In this document: positions 50,151 to 64,000 of the stretch, one piece after another
Position numbering within the stretch: position 1 is the stretch's first letter
How the letters are laid out: every line of letters begins with the position of its first letter
Assembly (NCBI GenBank): GCA_036172245.1
Contig: JAYWIR010000021.1
Location: 3,224,001 to 3,288,000, forward strand
Reading direction: 5' to 3'
Source of the DNA: Raillietiella orientalis
Lineage: Eukaryota
DNA length: 64,000 nt
Position numbers and translations under genes: made by a program
Notes under the pieces: generated by a model
The model's database searches: none
What the model was told of the DNA's origin: nothing
What the model saw: the letters and a program-made list of their open reading frames with translations, nothing else

Positions 50151-51172
50151 ATGCAAAAAGTGATGGATATCGTTGACAACATAGATTATGAAGACCTAGA
50201 GCAAGAAATTGTTGTATTGAATATTGCTATAAAGGGGCTCATACAGGTAGTTTAAGATTTACAAGAGGTGCATGTTGTATGTCGCTATGTTTCAGGATAT
50301 AAGAACATGCAATTCATCCGCTGCGGAAATATATGAATTGAATGCAAAAGTGAAGCGAAAAATGAATTTAATGGAATATAACGTGAAGAAATTGGAAAGA
50401 TTGGCATTTGAAGCCAAAAAAGAAGTTTCTAAACAAATGAATGAACTTGTACATCTATATCAAATGGAAATGAATCAGTAATGTTATATATTTTTTATTA
50501 CTGAATTCGTTGGGAATAATTTGAACTTAATGCTGTAAACCGTCTTAAAGTAAGTCATTCAAAAATTTGAATAACACGAGATATATACTTGCTTTTGCTA
50601 CTTAGATGCGCAGTGAATAGCATGTGTATCTTTATTGTTGTTGTAAATGTGCAAATTATTTCTTTTCAAGGAATCAGGTCTCATTAAGATGTGCGAATCT
50701 AACTAGTCAGGCTGCAGTCAATGAAAAAAATAAACTTGAATTATTCTCCAGTTCCCCTGTAAACGAATTACGTAGCAGGTACTAATGCATATCTCATGAA
50801 GTAAGTAATGGTGTTGATTATTATCTTTAGGAAATCTAAAGAAAATCTAATACATACATCCTCACAAATTACCAAGAACCTGACATCTATCAGTAGAGCA
50901 ATGGCTGAACAGGTAGAAAGAAGTCATAATACTCTAAGCACTTTAGGTAAAATTTCATAGTTAACAAGCTGTTTAATTTCTGTTCAGTACAATCTTCCCA
51001 GAGTATTCTCAATACTGAAAATGACTTGAAAAATGTGAGTAGTGCAGTGACACAAGGACAAACCCTTCTAACAAAATATAAAAGACGTCAGTTGACAGAC
51101 AAGTTGCTAATAGTTGTTGCATTTACGTTCTTTGTTCTTTGTGTCATGTATGTTGTTTCAAAGCGTCTATAA
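50151..51172 (+). CDS. BNIP1: Vesicle transport SNARE SEC20 (BNIP1), 5 coding exons
   Basis: Exons 50151-50246, 50296-50477, 50671-50778, 50831-50946 and 50988-51172 are phase-compatible. KENLIHTSSQITKNLTSISRAMAEQV...LLTKYKRRQLTDKLL, a transmembrane stretch and KRL* match Sec20. Confidence 0.94.
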
Positions 51173-54100
51173 GCAAAAAGATGCTTTTAATGGTTTTATC
51201 ATTCCAAGTAAGAAAGTAAAATTCTGTATTATTTTTAATTTTCAAGAGTTTATTCATAAGTTAATTCTTGAATTCTGCTTGAATCAAATTTGCCCAAATT
51301 TGAGATGGATTTTAAGAAATGCTTGAAAAGAATGTTTTTTGACCTGTGAAAGACTTATACATTTAATTCAGGAAATCCGGCTGTTAGTTTTGATGTAAGT
51401 ATATAATATAAATATAAATCAAATTTTCGAATTAAAAGTTAATTAAATTCAATTAATCGTCTTGATACAGCAATAAGTAACAAGCATGTTTGCAGAAATG
51501 AAATAGCTAGTTGGATATTTAGTCAAATGAAAATTTTGACTAGTCAAGTTCAGATTTATGGTTTTCAGTTCCCTAAAACAGGTATCCAATTAATATGCAA
51601 TTCAGGACATTCATATTCTATGGCTTCTGGAAAGATTTCAAATTTAAATTTCTCGTTTACTTGTGTTTATTTCAATATGAGCCTAATTTCAATGAAACAG
51701 TGACAGTTAATTCATATGCATTCAAATTTTGTCCCGTATTTCTTTTTAACTGCATCATGAGTACTTTCAAAAACTTATTATGAAAATTCCAGATTATATC
51801 TGTTCTTTCAAATGAGAGAGCCAAAGATCATAAGTTAATTCATTCAAAATTACTGAATTCATTGAGAGAAGCATGGTTTGAGGACTTTGGTTTTCATAAA
51901 GCTTTTGATTTTATTTTCTTAATAGTTTATTGAACTTTCACATAATCTTATGAAGTAACATTGAAAATCAACATGCAATCTAAACATTTAGATTAATTTT
52001 TTTTCAAATACATCATGCAAAACACTGTGTAATCCGTTTGAGGAAAATTGTAAAGATTATTTCATCTTAAGCTTCCACAATGCTTCATGACAGCTTACAA
52101 TAAAGCCATCATAATAAACAACTGATTTGAGTTTGTATTGGGTCTTTTTTTATTATGTGCTCGTTATCATATAGCATTCGCCATATACTAAGTATGCAAC
52201 TACAACATACTTTTAAATTTCAAAAATGCGTACGTTAAAAGAAATATTGCAATAGACTGTCGTTCTTGTAGCATGGGTGGAAGGAATCTGTCATCTGCAG
52301 ATGTAAATAAGTCTTTTCTGAATAAAGGCTGTGAGATGTACCAATGAAATCCCTTGTTTTTATTAAGTCAGTTTCATGCTTAGAAAATATTTTACATTTT
52401 TCATTCATTTTTGGGAGATTCCATGATTGTTGTCAAGTTCATGCAAACTGTTTCAAAATGCATTAGATATGAAGAGAGTACTGTAAAAATATTCAGAAAT
52501 ACTTCTACAAAGAATCGGAAGAGTGGATTTGCTGTCACAAGTGGGATTTTGAAACCTTGAAAATAGGATATCCAATTCATTTGTTTTGAGTTCGATAAGT
52601 TGGTCAACTTATCAAACTTGAAGCAGCTAAAGTAAACAGTAATGAAACATATGCTTTGTTGTCTTTAATTTCCTTTGTAGAAAGATCCTAACTGTAAACC
52701 ATTCATAGAATTTAATTTGCTGCATTATTATGTTGATATGGAACGCTGAATGATAATTTATGGTATTGACTTCATGATTACCTTATAACAATGCTGGTTA
52801 AGTATGGAAGATTTGATTCAGTGGGAAACAAGTGAACATCCTGGAAAAGGGATGGCAACAGACAAATTTCTGAAGAAATGTGGCATTGAAGTATTCAGAA
52901 CTGTGGTTTCTGAAGTTTCTGGCTAAAACTAATGAACCAAACGAATGTTTTAAGGTATTTTATCAACACAAGATGCAAACATGCCTAAGCAAGCTTCCTT
53001 TCATCTATTAATATTCCCGCACTATGCCTTGGGTAGTGCAGGAATACTTGAGTGGTATGTTTTGATGGACTATTGTCTACAAGAGCTAGTGTGATGAAGA
53101 TGGTTCTGTGATGGAAAATTCTCCTCTTTTTTCGAAGAATTGGTTTTCAGCAGTTTTCTGTTCAAACTTTGCTTTGGGTTTGTTGTACAGTGAAATTTAA
53201 TGCTTGTTTTTTCATTTGCATTGTGATTAACATGCAATTCATTGAAATAACAATTGGAGTGTACAATGAAAGGTAAATTTGCTCAGGAGAGAAAAATTTT
53301 ACACTTCCAAAGATAGTTGGTGAAATTTCAATAGTTATTTACTATTCTGATTCACTGGCATATTTTCGTCCATTTGGAGATAATACATTTTGTAAATCGA
53401 GAGAAATGTGAAAATTCCAGTGGTCTGACTAGAAACCAGAATGTGCAGGCAGAATCAAGTGTTCAGAACACGTTAGTGTAAGTATTTTTTGAAGTAATCA
53501 AATGTATTTATGAACGTTTCTAAATTACTTCAGTGATGAATACATATAAATGGATTTCCTAAAATTCATTGGGTAGAATTAAATGCACTTACAGCCATTT
53601 GCTTACACCTGCTCCAAGATCAAGATCTTTAGCTTTCTTTAGGATGCATGGTAGTCGTAGCGAATGCTCCTTTTTTTTGCTATCTTGGTTCTCGAACAGA
53701 AAAATTAGCATTCTCGTTCAGAATTCAATTAGGTTTTGATTGGTGTCTGAAGCAACAGTAATGATCTCAAAGGACCATCTGTTCTTTTTATACTAAAGCA
53801 ATAATTTGCATTACTTATAGAAAGACTATAGTCATCAGGCTAACTCTGTCAACATCCGAGCTTGGAGGTTGTGTAATCATGTTTGACCACGTGGAATGTT
53901 CGTTTAGGATCGGTGTAACGAGCTGCACAGATTTCAAGATACTTCCAGTGTTTCAGATTGTATCGTGTGCAGAACTGCGGATTATATTCTTTATCGTATA
54001 CAGATCATAACTTAGTATGGCCCTTTTTCTCTGTGAAAAATAGTCCGAACCCACAACTGTTTCTTCATGATCATCGACTAACCATAAGGAAAAATTTTCT

Positions 54101-56191
54101 GATTAGAATTAGGGGATCAATTATGTCCGCACCGTTGTCAATTTTGAAGATGATTTCGGGCTAATATGATAAGGAACTCCTAGTCATGAAGGTTCTGCCG
54201 TAGTGCAAGATGATTTAGAAGTCTACTGCAGCTATTTTTTGCTTCTCTCATCATAGGAATCGTCTTAATCTCCGCTAGTCATCGACTCGAAAACTTAATG
54301 TTACAAATATTTTTCGTTTGCTATTCACACGCGTCATACACGTCATTGACTCTTCAAGGATTCTCCGAAAATTCATTTTCTCTTATGAAGAGGATGTACC
54401 TAGTTGCCTGAGGAAGCTCGAATGTTTCCACTGTCAGAATACTACAGAATCGTGTGCTGATTCTGCGGATAATGGAGTTTTGTATTGCAAAAGAGATCCC
54501 GACTTAATTCTTTATCCTCATGCTCTTGAACCATGAGAAAACCATTTGCAGTCATTTCAGGAAAGTAGAGTATTTTCAGTGAAACGAATGCCGCGAGAGT
54601 TTTTGTCATTCAACTTCGTCATTCTCATCTCATCTGAGAATATTTGAAATTGAATTTCATCCTGTCGTCAGCAGCAGCGTCGCTACATTTTCGTAAGCGA
54701 TCGAATTCCCAAGCTGACTGTTCCTTTAGGAAGTACTTTTAGGACTTTGAAATTAGGATACTCAGAAATTGTATTAGTGGGAAGACAAACTTGAGTGTTT
54801 TTAGTATCTGAAATCTGAGAGTAAAAAAGTTATCATTGGATTTTAGATGTTTCATGCTAGTTATTATCTAGCAAGATAATTATCACCTTAACCAAGCGTA
54901 CTCTTTCGTGCCTTTGCACAAACTCGTAAATGTCTTCTTTCGCGTTCCAATTGACTTCATGCCTCTCACTTTCTTAGATCAGATGTTGGAGTAAGTGTAT
55001 TACTGATATTAATACTGATATTAAGATGCTGTGAAAACGGAAAATTCTTATTCATTCATCCGTGTGTTCTATATGTGATAATACGAAAACATCTGCAGTT
55101 GCTTTCTTTACTTCCCAATTCGATGTGTTACTGAAAAAAAGTGATCCGGATAAGTCAGCTAAAATTCAGTTCTGTACAGATTTCCTGGGATTATGATTTT
55201 TGTCATCCATACCGTACTTTACTGAAGGATGTGAGCATATCATAATTATGTAACGTTGAAACTATGGAAGCTTCAAGATTATGTATATGTACATGGCAGT
55301 GGATTCAAGTACTTATTAGTTTCTCTATATTGCTAGACCAAACCGAGTACTTTTTGAGAGCAAAAGTTTATGAATGTTCAATTCCATCATGAATCAAAAA
55401 ACCGAAAAGCTGATAGGTCGCAAATTGTATTTCAACGAAAGACAAAAAAGCTCTCTTTAAAATTATCAAAAAAGATTTAAAATGGGAAACTGCACAGAAT
55501 TCGCTTGGGCCTTTACATTTCATAATCCAAGATGATTGACAGACAAGCATTCATAAGAATTGAGCACAGGCTGAAAGAGGAGGGAATGCTGAGCTACACT
55601 GCAGGAATTCTGCAGCACCGCTACCGCAACGTTAGTGCAATCCTTTTGTTTACACAAGTAATTGGTTGTTTGGGAACTTTCAAGTAGCCAATTACTATGG
55701 ATTATTGGTTTTCGAATTTTTTGTAAATATTGCTTGTATCAAGAGTATCAGGAAGTTGTGTAAGATGCTTTGGTTAATTGCGTATGGTTTTTGTATTTTA
55801 TGTATTTCTTGCCTTTCAGAAGGAAAAGTTTAATTCAGAGCGTACAAGGACGCCTTGAATTAAACTTTGAATGAGACGTGAACAAGTTTTGATGGAAGGG
55901 TCATTTTGTGATGATTAGGTGAGGCCATCGTCCTCGTTGAGCATCCTGAAGTGCATTGTTCATTGCGGTGGGTTATGCTTCCGTTTTTCGATCTTGTCGT
56001 TTAATAATGCACTACATTCATTTGAACATTGCATCACCCCCATTTTTTTCCATTTTCATTCCCCGCCTTCATTGTGACGAGGTTTATTTTATAGCGAGAA
56101 AGATCAACTTTTTTTTTTTTTATAGATATATAATAAAAGTAGCATCCCTTATACGTGAATATAAATAAAAATGCTGTGACTATCGTGTGCC

Positions 56192-57696
56192 ATGGATTTA
56201 TGTTCAAGTCAGGAAAGCCAGGAGATCCTGCTATTATCTCCAACTGCGGAGAGTTTGTTGAAAGAATTCTGTGGATCGGAAAATGACTATGATTCAATGT
56301 ATTACCTAAATCAGCTGAAGTAAGTTTATACAAATTAGGTTTATTTATTTCTGTGATTGCCCATCTGCCTCTGCCTTTTTTCTACTTGGATGTTAGAGCA
56401 GATAGCAGTTGAAATGTATCTTATATTTGTGACTAGATTTTCAGGTGATGGTGATAACAAAAAAACGAAAGTAGAACAAAAATTATGCAAGGTGAGCTGA
56501 TGGGTAGATTGTGACTCTTTTTGGACCATTACTGTTTTTTTTCTAGACTGAAGGTAGCTCCAGCTGCTATGTGCCGGTCACTAAAGTGCATCAATCCCAA
56601 TTGGATGATGAAGTGCCACTCTTCCGTGATTGGCTTGGTGCATATGGTTTTAGAATATCTTTTGCCTCACGAAAACACAGTTCCTGGATTGTAAGTATAG
56701 TGATTCAGAGAGGGATTTAATTGGGATATTTTAAATTGATAAAGCAACTCTTGAGTAGAACTTAGAAAGTAAGTAATGGAGAATGTTTATGTCATTGAGG
56801 CACTACCATCAATTTTCAGTATTCACAAAGATTGAATAAAATATATACACAACTGAACACTCTGGTGCCAATCAATATTCATGTCAGTGGTGCTGCTTTG
56901 ATAGATGGACCTCTTTTCATACATACAGTTCCATATTTTACTAATCCTGATTTGGTGCAGACACCTGTCACTTGTTGCGCTAATCACTGTAGGGAAGATG
57001 ATGTGCAAAATAGAGGTATGCCTGGACCATTTATTAGCACAATTCATCACACTGGTTTGTTGCAGATGATCCAGCATGCAGCTGGATGCACTTTGTGAGA
57101 GTGTGTGATTTACGGGCAGAATATCTGAAACGTGGCAGCCGTTTATCTGTTCGTACACCTTTGATCCTTGGCCACTTGGAAGCATGCACAGTATTATCTT
57201 TGAGATTTATGTGTCAACACAGCTGCATGGGTAGCATTGCCAGACAGCCTGTATTAATCATCTTGCATTTGGAAGATCAACAGTAGGACAGATCATCTGT
57301 TTTTCCTTTAATTCATTAATTACAGTCATAATGTACTGGGAAAAGCAGTTATGAATGTTCGTGTGTGTGCATGTCCTGGTAGGGATTTAAAATTGGATAT
57401 GAAGAAAATGGACAGCCCGAAGAAATCATTGTTAACATCTAAATCACGACCTTCAAAGAGGAAGAAAGATGCAGCTGATGTGTTCACCATCACAGTTAGT
57501 TAGAGAATGGCATAGAAAGACACTGATTGTTTTGATTCAGGTGATTGGTAGTCGAATGCTGGAACGGGTGAAAAACTATCTTCTGTTTTTGGAGCTAGTT
57601 GAAAGAACACGTCGTTTTTCCATTGAGAAAATTTCTGAAACGTTGATACGACAAACAAAAGAAGCTGTTAACAAGATGATTAGCATAGGTGGCTGA
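56192..57696 (+). CDS. p53: p53-family transcription factor (DNA-binding + oligomerisation domain, no evident SAM), 7 coding exons
   Basis: Exons 56192-56319, 56437-56491, 56547-56690, 56820-57015, 57066-57282, 57326-57494 and 57541-57696 splice in frame. Motifs: GAYGFRISF, YSQRLNKIY, CANH, HFVRV, FMCQHSCMG, VRVCACPGRD, VFTITVIG..LEL. The first two exons are less certain. Confidence 0.93.
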
Positions 57697-57738
57697 TTTT
57701 AAGAATATTTTCCTTGAGGCAAATATTCTTAAAATGCC
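57691..57738 (+). repeat. Hairpin overlapping the p53 stop codon
   Basis: ggc[tg]attttaagaatattttcct-tg-aggcaaatattcttaaaatgcc: 19-bp stem with one mismatch plus a 3-bp extension past a 2-nt bulge. Confidence 0.85.
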
Positions 57739-58615
57739 AAATTGATGGAAAATTAATAATTTGCCTATATTGTCAGTCAGCTAGGATCAAAATGCCACAT
57801 TCACTGATTGCTCACCTCCTAATTGAATCAGTTTGATCAATACAAAACTTGCTTCAGCTTCTGGGTTGAGCTTGCTGTTCTGTAGAACAGCAAGCCCATG
57901 TCAGTGGACATACATGTCCCACATAAATCTTTCACTTGTCTGTTCCAAAATTGACAGGGTGTTTGGTGTTCATGGTGATTTTGCATGTATTTGCTTTGAT
58001 GATTATAAGATGAACATTCTTAGGCAGTTTTATATTTGCTATCTTTATGTATACATAAATCATATTTATTGCCTAGCTGACTCCCTGTCATGAAAAGTGT
58101 AAATAGTTCCAGTATACAGATAAATTTTGCTTGTATAGGAACTATTGTTCATAATAATTCTACAAAAGATTTTGTAATTGCACAAGTAATGCAGTCTGGT
58201 TTCAAAAAAATTGAGCAATTCATTGAAACATGAAACTGTTGTGCAGTTTAGTTCTGTGGATCATATTATGCAGCAGCATTATTGTGTTATCAATTTGTAT
58301 TCAAATACCAGTTCAGTCTTTTCAGATTTCAGCTAAATGTTTCCCAATTTTGATTAAGCATTGCATTTCAATTTTGATTTTCTAGCTGTTTCTAATTAAG
58401 TACAGCTTCTATATGTAATTGTATATAGAACTGTGTTTACTAATTTAGTACTAAATACTAACTTCTGATTGCATGGCTGTAACAAAATACTTATACATAT
58501 ATAATTGTAGCGCGAACGTTTTTCAGCTGCAAACTATGTAATTGTATAATTTGTTTTTTTTTGTAATTACTTAATCTAAACTTTACAAGTTAGATAGTGT
58601 TTGATTCAAAATAAA

Positions 58616-59879
58616 ATGTTGAAAATTCTTTTCTTATTATTTCCTGTTTTATCCAAAGCAAGTTATGGGGAAATGTATAATGAACTGTATAATGAATTGC
58701 AATTGCATTCAGGAAATTTTATTCCCTTTCATGTGAAGGAAGTCTCAATTTTTTCATTTGGAAAGAGTATGTCATTGGAATCAGTTTCAGGAAACAAAAA
58801 TTAATCATTAATAACAGTAGTAGCAGTATTTGTGCAGCACATTCAGTGGAAATCTCCAAAGTTTCCCAGCATTGCTGTGTAAAATGAGAAATAACTTTGT
58901 GACTCCTTGCCACTGATAGATGGGTAGCAACGAACTAACTGTGTCCTTGAAGCAAGTTTTCCTTTTGAATGAGTGGCGAGTAACTGAGAGCACCTTGGAA
59001 CATAAAGTAAAACTAAGGAGATGGTGCTGTTGTTGCAGAGTATTCTTTTCGTCTCAAAGAGGTGCATGTTTTATGAAATCATCACATTGGTTTCATAAAG
59101 TTAAAATAGTAAAAGCATGCAGGAATGTCGAAAAATGCTTAATGAAGTAAAGGTTTTGTTCTCCTGCAAAACAAAAAATTCGATGCAGCTTCTGAAGCAC
59201 CTTAGTAGGGTTATTATGACCTGCACTTTGTATTGGCCATGCTGCCTTTTACCAGTGCAGTGCGAGTTTAGCAAACGGTTGCACATGATGACATGAATTA
59301 TTATCTGAGAATTTCCTGATGATGACGGTAGGTCATGCAAGTTCAACGCATGTGCATGTAACTTTTGTCTGGCAAACACCGCGGTGCACTTCACATTAGA
59401 TTGATTGAAGGTGTGTATGTTCACGTTTGGTCAATCTGCCATGCACTTTGCAGCAGTGGTCGTTTTGCATTTCCATCAGAGTCGGCTGTTTCATTTCCCA
59501 GCCGATGCACTTTGCCAAGTCGTTGTTTGGCTCCGTTTCCTTCCGTGCTGTTAAGGAGAGGGTGTGCAGTGCTGAACCCGGCGGGAGTGCATGGACATCC
59601 AACTTCACACAGATTGCGAAGACGGAAAAGGCTCGAGGAATGGAACCAAATTTGAAGGACACGAGCGTGTTCACATCTGAATTCGGAAAGAACGACAAAA
59701 TTGGATGCTGCATTCCCGAAATCGTGACACAACGCGCGATGAAACTTACCGATCGTTTGCAGTGGGATTTTCAGAACGTCGAGTACGGTTCTCGGTGGGT
59801 CATTCGTCCGGTGTGCGTTTCCCATGGGGATATATGCACTAATAAAAAGAAGAAAGAATCAAGTGGAAACGATCCCTGA
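58616..59879 (+). CDS. Possible uncharacterised gene with signal-peptide-like start (exon structure not resolved)
   Basis: MLKILFLLFPVLSKAS start with a GTATGT donor at about 58767 and a 150-codon open frame at 59427-59879; no recognisable domain. Confidence 0.2.
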
Positions 59880-61494
59880 TGATCAAGGAAAACAACTTTC
59901 AAAAATGACGGTGCTCTGGACAACAAGTACGGCGCACTCAGCTGAAGAAAGGAAGAAAGAAAGGAAAAAAAAATCCTGTAAATGATTGCTTGAAATCTCG
60001 ATTCGAAATCGACGAACGTATGGGTAAATCAAAATAAACTTAAGGCTTTTGGTGATCCGAAAAACTGGTTTGGGTGGAGAAGAGATGGCCAGTAAGTGTG
60101 AAGCACAGGTCCTCGTTCCCCGGCTGGGAGCTTGTCGTCAATCAAACAGCTGGCGTGAAAAAGAGAGAGTGAAGAGGAGTGTTTCGGTTTCCAAGGTAAC
60201 GACATTTCGAGCCCGATTCCGGGTTGCATCCGGGAATCACATCCGTTCCTGGCCAAATTAGAGCAAAACAGCATGAAGTGAAAACGACGGCAGCAAAAAA
60301 AAAAAGAGAAACAAAAAAGAGGAGGAACTCGAGGACTGTTAGGATCGGAGCCGTACATGAAGCAAACTCAGGAAACAAAATCTTCGATTGTGGGACGTAC
60401 TTGTGAATCCCGAGGGCACGGTGCAGCCACCAGCCAGAGAAGATGCAACTTTAGGCAGATTCGATTCTTAAAACCATCATGTACCATTTAGGTTTTATTA
60501 GTTGTGCTGCGCAATTCAAATGGTGAGTCACGCAAGCTGAGAGCCATGCAGTTGAAACGGGAAAGTCATCAGAGATCAGTGATCTCGGAGGAGAGGATAA
60601 TTAGCATCTCAGAATTCAGAAAGAAGTGTCGAATAAATAGACGTTACTTTTCAAGGAAGTCACTACGCATTTAAAAGGAATGCGAGGTGCCAAAAGCTTG
60701 GAGGCATCCGTTATCGCCACTTAGCATTAGAGAAATCTTTGACGGCAGAGGCAATCATTTCCTAAATCACTCTGGGGTCGCTTGTAGCGAATGTACATTC
60801 GTTGTACAGAAGGAAAAACACTTTCATCAGGATAAGGACATATGCATACAAGAATTCACGAAGTGGTTGTGGAAGCGTGGAAAATCTTCTCCCTCGTTGT
60901 CTCGAAAACATTTTACAACGCTCCAAAATATCGTACTTGGTGAAGAGAAAAAAAGTGGGTGGCAGTGCAGAAAAATGCCGAGTTCATAAGTAATTTGGCA
61001 ATGAAGTGATAAATGGAAACAAATGGATCATAATGAGACCGGACGAACTCTATTGCATTCAAATCTTTTGTTCTCTCGCGAGACCCAGAAAACAGATGAC
61101 TTCCGAACCTTGAACCGGGCCAAAGGGATTTCTGCAACGAAAGTTTTCCTCAAAGAGTAACTACGGTCTTGTATGAGTGGTGCAAATTGAAAAAAAAAAA
61201 AAAAAAAATACACCCAAAACGGAATAAGCAGCGATTTCCGTTATGGCTTGAATTCAGGGCTCATAATGATCAACGCCTCGATACGAACGTCTTCTCCGTA
61301 TCCTGATGATGAGTTTTCTATTTTTTTCCACGAAAGGTAACGGATCTTGGTATTCTGATGTCTGCTGTACTCGTACGATGTGCAGAAAGTCTGATACAGA
61401 CAGTTTGTCGGTTTTGATCCAACTACGTTGATTGCTGTCCACGTAATTACGGTACCTCATGAATGCGAACATTTTATTTTATTTTTTTCAAAAA

Positions 61495-62181
61495 GTTTGC
61501 CCGCGTCGGAGTTCGTGTGGTTGCGGTGGTCTCCGCGCGTGGCACCATGCGTCGTGGGTTCGAATACTCCGAAGGAATCGACGCAGTGCGCCGTGGGTTC
61601 CGAGTTCACCCCACAAGATGACGCTGGTTGGCCTACATTCATCTGGGTGAGGCACTGGTAGCAGTTGAAACCGGATACCCCCGATGAGGACCGGGGCAAA
61701 TGGGAGTCGACTTCCGAGTCCCTCCAGGAACCAAGGAGTGGGGAGCTCCCCCTCCGGTTGTGAAGGAGCGGACCCTATTTTCCGGGTGGACCCTCCGCGT
61801 CGCACTGATGGAGTAGGTGTGCCCTCGCCACCACCTCTCCAGAGAGTGCAGAGAAGCGAGCCGATCCCTTCGGGGAAGCTGCGTCCTTCTGAATTTCGGA
61901 AGCGTCCCTTCTGGGTTCTCTTCATAGGAGTAAAAACAGGAGCGGATCCCTTGTGAGGGATCCCTCCGGAGAAGAAATTCCAGCAGCGGATCATTTCCGG
62001 GTTCCTTTCAGAGAAGGAAGAATAGAGCGTACCCCTCTGGAGAGAATAAGGAAGGAGATTCCCTTCTGGATTTCCCTTCGGAGACAACCAGGATGGAGGT
62101 GATCTCCATTTCCGGGGACCCCTCCTCAGGCGTGAGAGGAACGGACTTCGTGGATTCATAGAGGGCACCCCCTATCTTGAA
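61495..62181 (-). mobile_element. Repeat family X, copy 3 (5' segment only)
   Basis: Direct nucleotide similarity to 7700-8310, e.g. ggtctccgcg.gtggcaccat, cagagagtgcagagaagcga, cttctgaatttcggaagcgtccct, caggcgtgagaggaacggact. Confidence 0.8.
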
Positions 62182-64000
62182 AAGTTTTTACCATGTGTGT
62201 GTGTGTGCTTGTTTTTTTTTCTCCAAACAACAACAACAAAGGGAAGTGTACATCAGTGAATCTTCCATTTGCCCAGTTACTTGATTCAATGCAAGGAAAA
62301 AAAAATAAAGTTTCCTCCTGCAGGATGAAGATTGGCCTTAACGTGATTCCCAATCTGCCTTAATTTTCTTAGAGCACTACACCTTTATAGTGACTTGCAA
62401 TGAAATCTGTGAGGGTGGCTGAAATTTGCGGGAATATGAAGGAAGACACCGACGTGTAAGAACTGATGGTTCCGTGCCACACCGTCAGCCGGCTAGTCGT
62501 CTCAATACATGAGTCCGAACCGCTCATCTGTTTATGTCGAATCCGCTGATTGAGTTCGTTTACGATATGATAAGCTCATCGTGCGTGGCAGCGTTTTTCA
62601 GCTACGAACTCATTCTCCTCTACCACTCTGGGTTACCTCTGTTCCATGTGGAAACTACGAGTTGATTAATTTTCTGACGATGAACACTTTGCATCTACAA
62701 GTTCCTCTTCCGATGTCGTGAGTCTGGTTCCTGCTTAATTTCGAGGAATGGAAAAGTTCAAGCTATAATTTTAGGGTCTCAATGCAGTTGGTGGTGGTCA
62801 AAGACCTTAATCAGTAGCGTGAGATAATTTTAAAAGTGAGGTGGTGAGGGGTTGATTTCAGGGGTGAGTTAACTTGGTGTCAGCATCGTGAACTCTACTT
62901 TTCGATATTCATCAGGAGAAGATACGAACTGACCTGAGAGAACATTCCAGCGTACTCTCCTTTGTTTTAAAAAATCGAGCTGTTTTTTGAACGCAAAGAA
63001 ATAAACTTCTGTCGACGCAGAAGACATCATGCTTGCCGTTTATTGAATCCGTAATGCTGAGTGCCAGGGGGAGCTCTGTAAGAAGGGTAATTTCCGGTTC
63101 CCTGGTTTTTTGGGGGAAATTCCGCTTCGTATTTCCGAATACGCGAAGGACCTTTTCCTAGACTGTTGTCACATTCGTCGCTATGGAAACGGGAAGGTGG
63201 CCATCTTTCTTGCTTTTGTATGGACTGAGGTGTCATGTTTTGCAGCCTCGGGATACAAGGAATCACAGTCGAGTGGTTTTCAAGGCACGGGAGATCTTGT
63301 CTCAGGGAAACCGTGGGAAGGATCGCGCCATCTGCGTTCTCGCTATTGTCTTCATTCTGGAAAAAAAGAGAAAAAGGGGTGGGGAGGGGGGAAGAGGGAA
63401 AAAAAACACAGTCCAGAGGAACACAGACATTTACGGAAAAGTGATGGACTCGTGAGCGGTTCTTATCCTCTGGGAACGCCAGGAATGACTTCGCGTGGTC
63501 CCTACCAGTAACCAATTCTCCCTTGCGTCGCAGTCTTCCGCTTTTCGATACCGACAGAACCTTCCTGGACGTCAGGTTTGCCAAGCTGTTCTGCAACGAA
63601 GGGGACACGAAGATGGGAAATCTCTTAGAGAGGCAGGAACCCTCCGTCTATGGCCTCCAGACGTTCTGGTCACCGGAGGATATTGTCCCTTTCCCCTCCC
63701 ACGCGGCAGTTGAGGATGCAGCGAGTCTTCCGCTCGTATGCAGAGGCAGCATCTCCAGAGGCGTTCTTCTAAGAGAATGCCGCTGCCTAGGTGATAGGGA
63801 TCTCTTGCAAGGAACGATGAGCTCGTAGCTATCTTCCTGAGCTTGTCCCGAGCAATCATGACAAGTAGTGATGGCTTTACGGATGACAACAATAGTGGGA
63901 TGACCTCCAACAGCTGACGTCACATGCACCGCACAATAACTCCGAAGCTTCCGAGTGCCACCCTCGACTGCACTAGAGTGATCGATGACGTGTTTTTCGA

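Noticed and set aside
52790..53480. Exon-like stretches (KYSELW resembling a p53 FxxLW motif; donor at about 53478)
   Set aside because: Could not be spliced into an open frame with the p53 exons.
57694..57702. UGA plus hairpin as stop-codon readthrough or selenocysteine signal
   Set aside because: A TAA follows two codons later and no SECIS features are evident.
57836..57900. SIQNLLQLLG*AC resembling the start of a p63/p73 SAM domain
   Set aside because: Flanked by in-frame stops and too short to be significant.
60660..64000. Faint RT-like HPLSPL at about 60705 and GC-rich ORFs at 63.0-63.9 kb
   Set aside because: Single weak motifs only; probably old TE debris, with no supportable product.

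Overview
Eukaryotic, invertebrate-animal-like genomic DNA; minimal spliceosomal introns are about 40-50 nt. The taxon cannot be fixed from sequence. An intact-looking motile-axoneme gene argues against a nematode, and a SAM-less p53 fits an arthropod-like lineage (inference). The window has two compartments. (1) About 1-27.4 kb and 60-64 kb are mostly decayed non-LTR retrotransposons: a near full-length Tx1/L1-clade element, several nested truncated copies and an R4/Dong-like fragment ending in (TAA)17. This zone also holds a GC-rich, intron-bearing, disabled THUMPD3/Trm14-like amino-methyltransferase gene with a DPPY motif, plus a second unidentified spliced relic. (2) About 27.5-58 kb carries four host genes: CFAP43 (+), RNASEH2A (-, stop codon 14 bp from the CFAP43 stop), SEC20/BNIP1 (+) and a divergent p53-family gene (+). 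That p53 keeps the DNA-contact and zinc residues but substitutes all four structural cancer-hotspot positions. All protein assignments come from manual translation and splicing compared with remembered family motifs; no database search was run.
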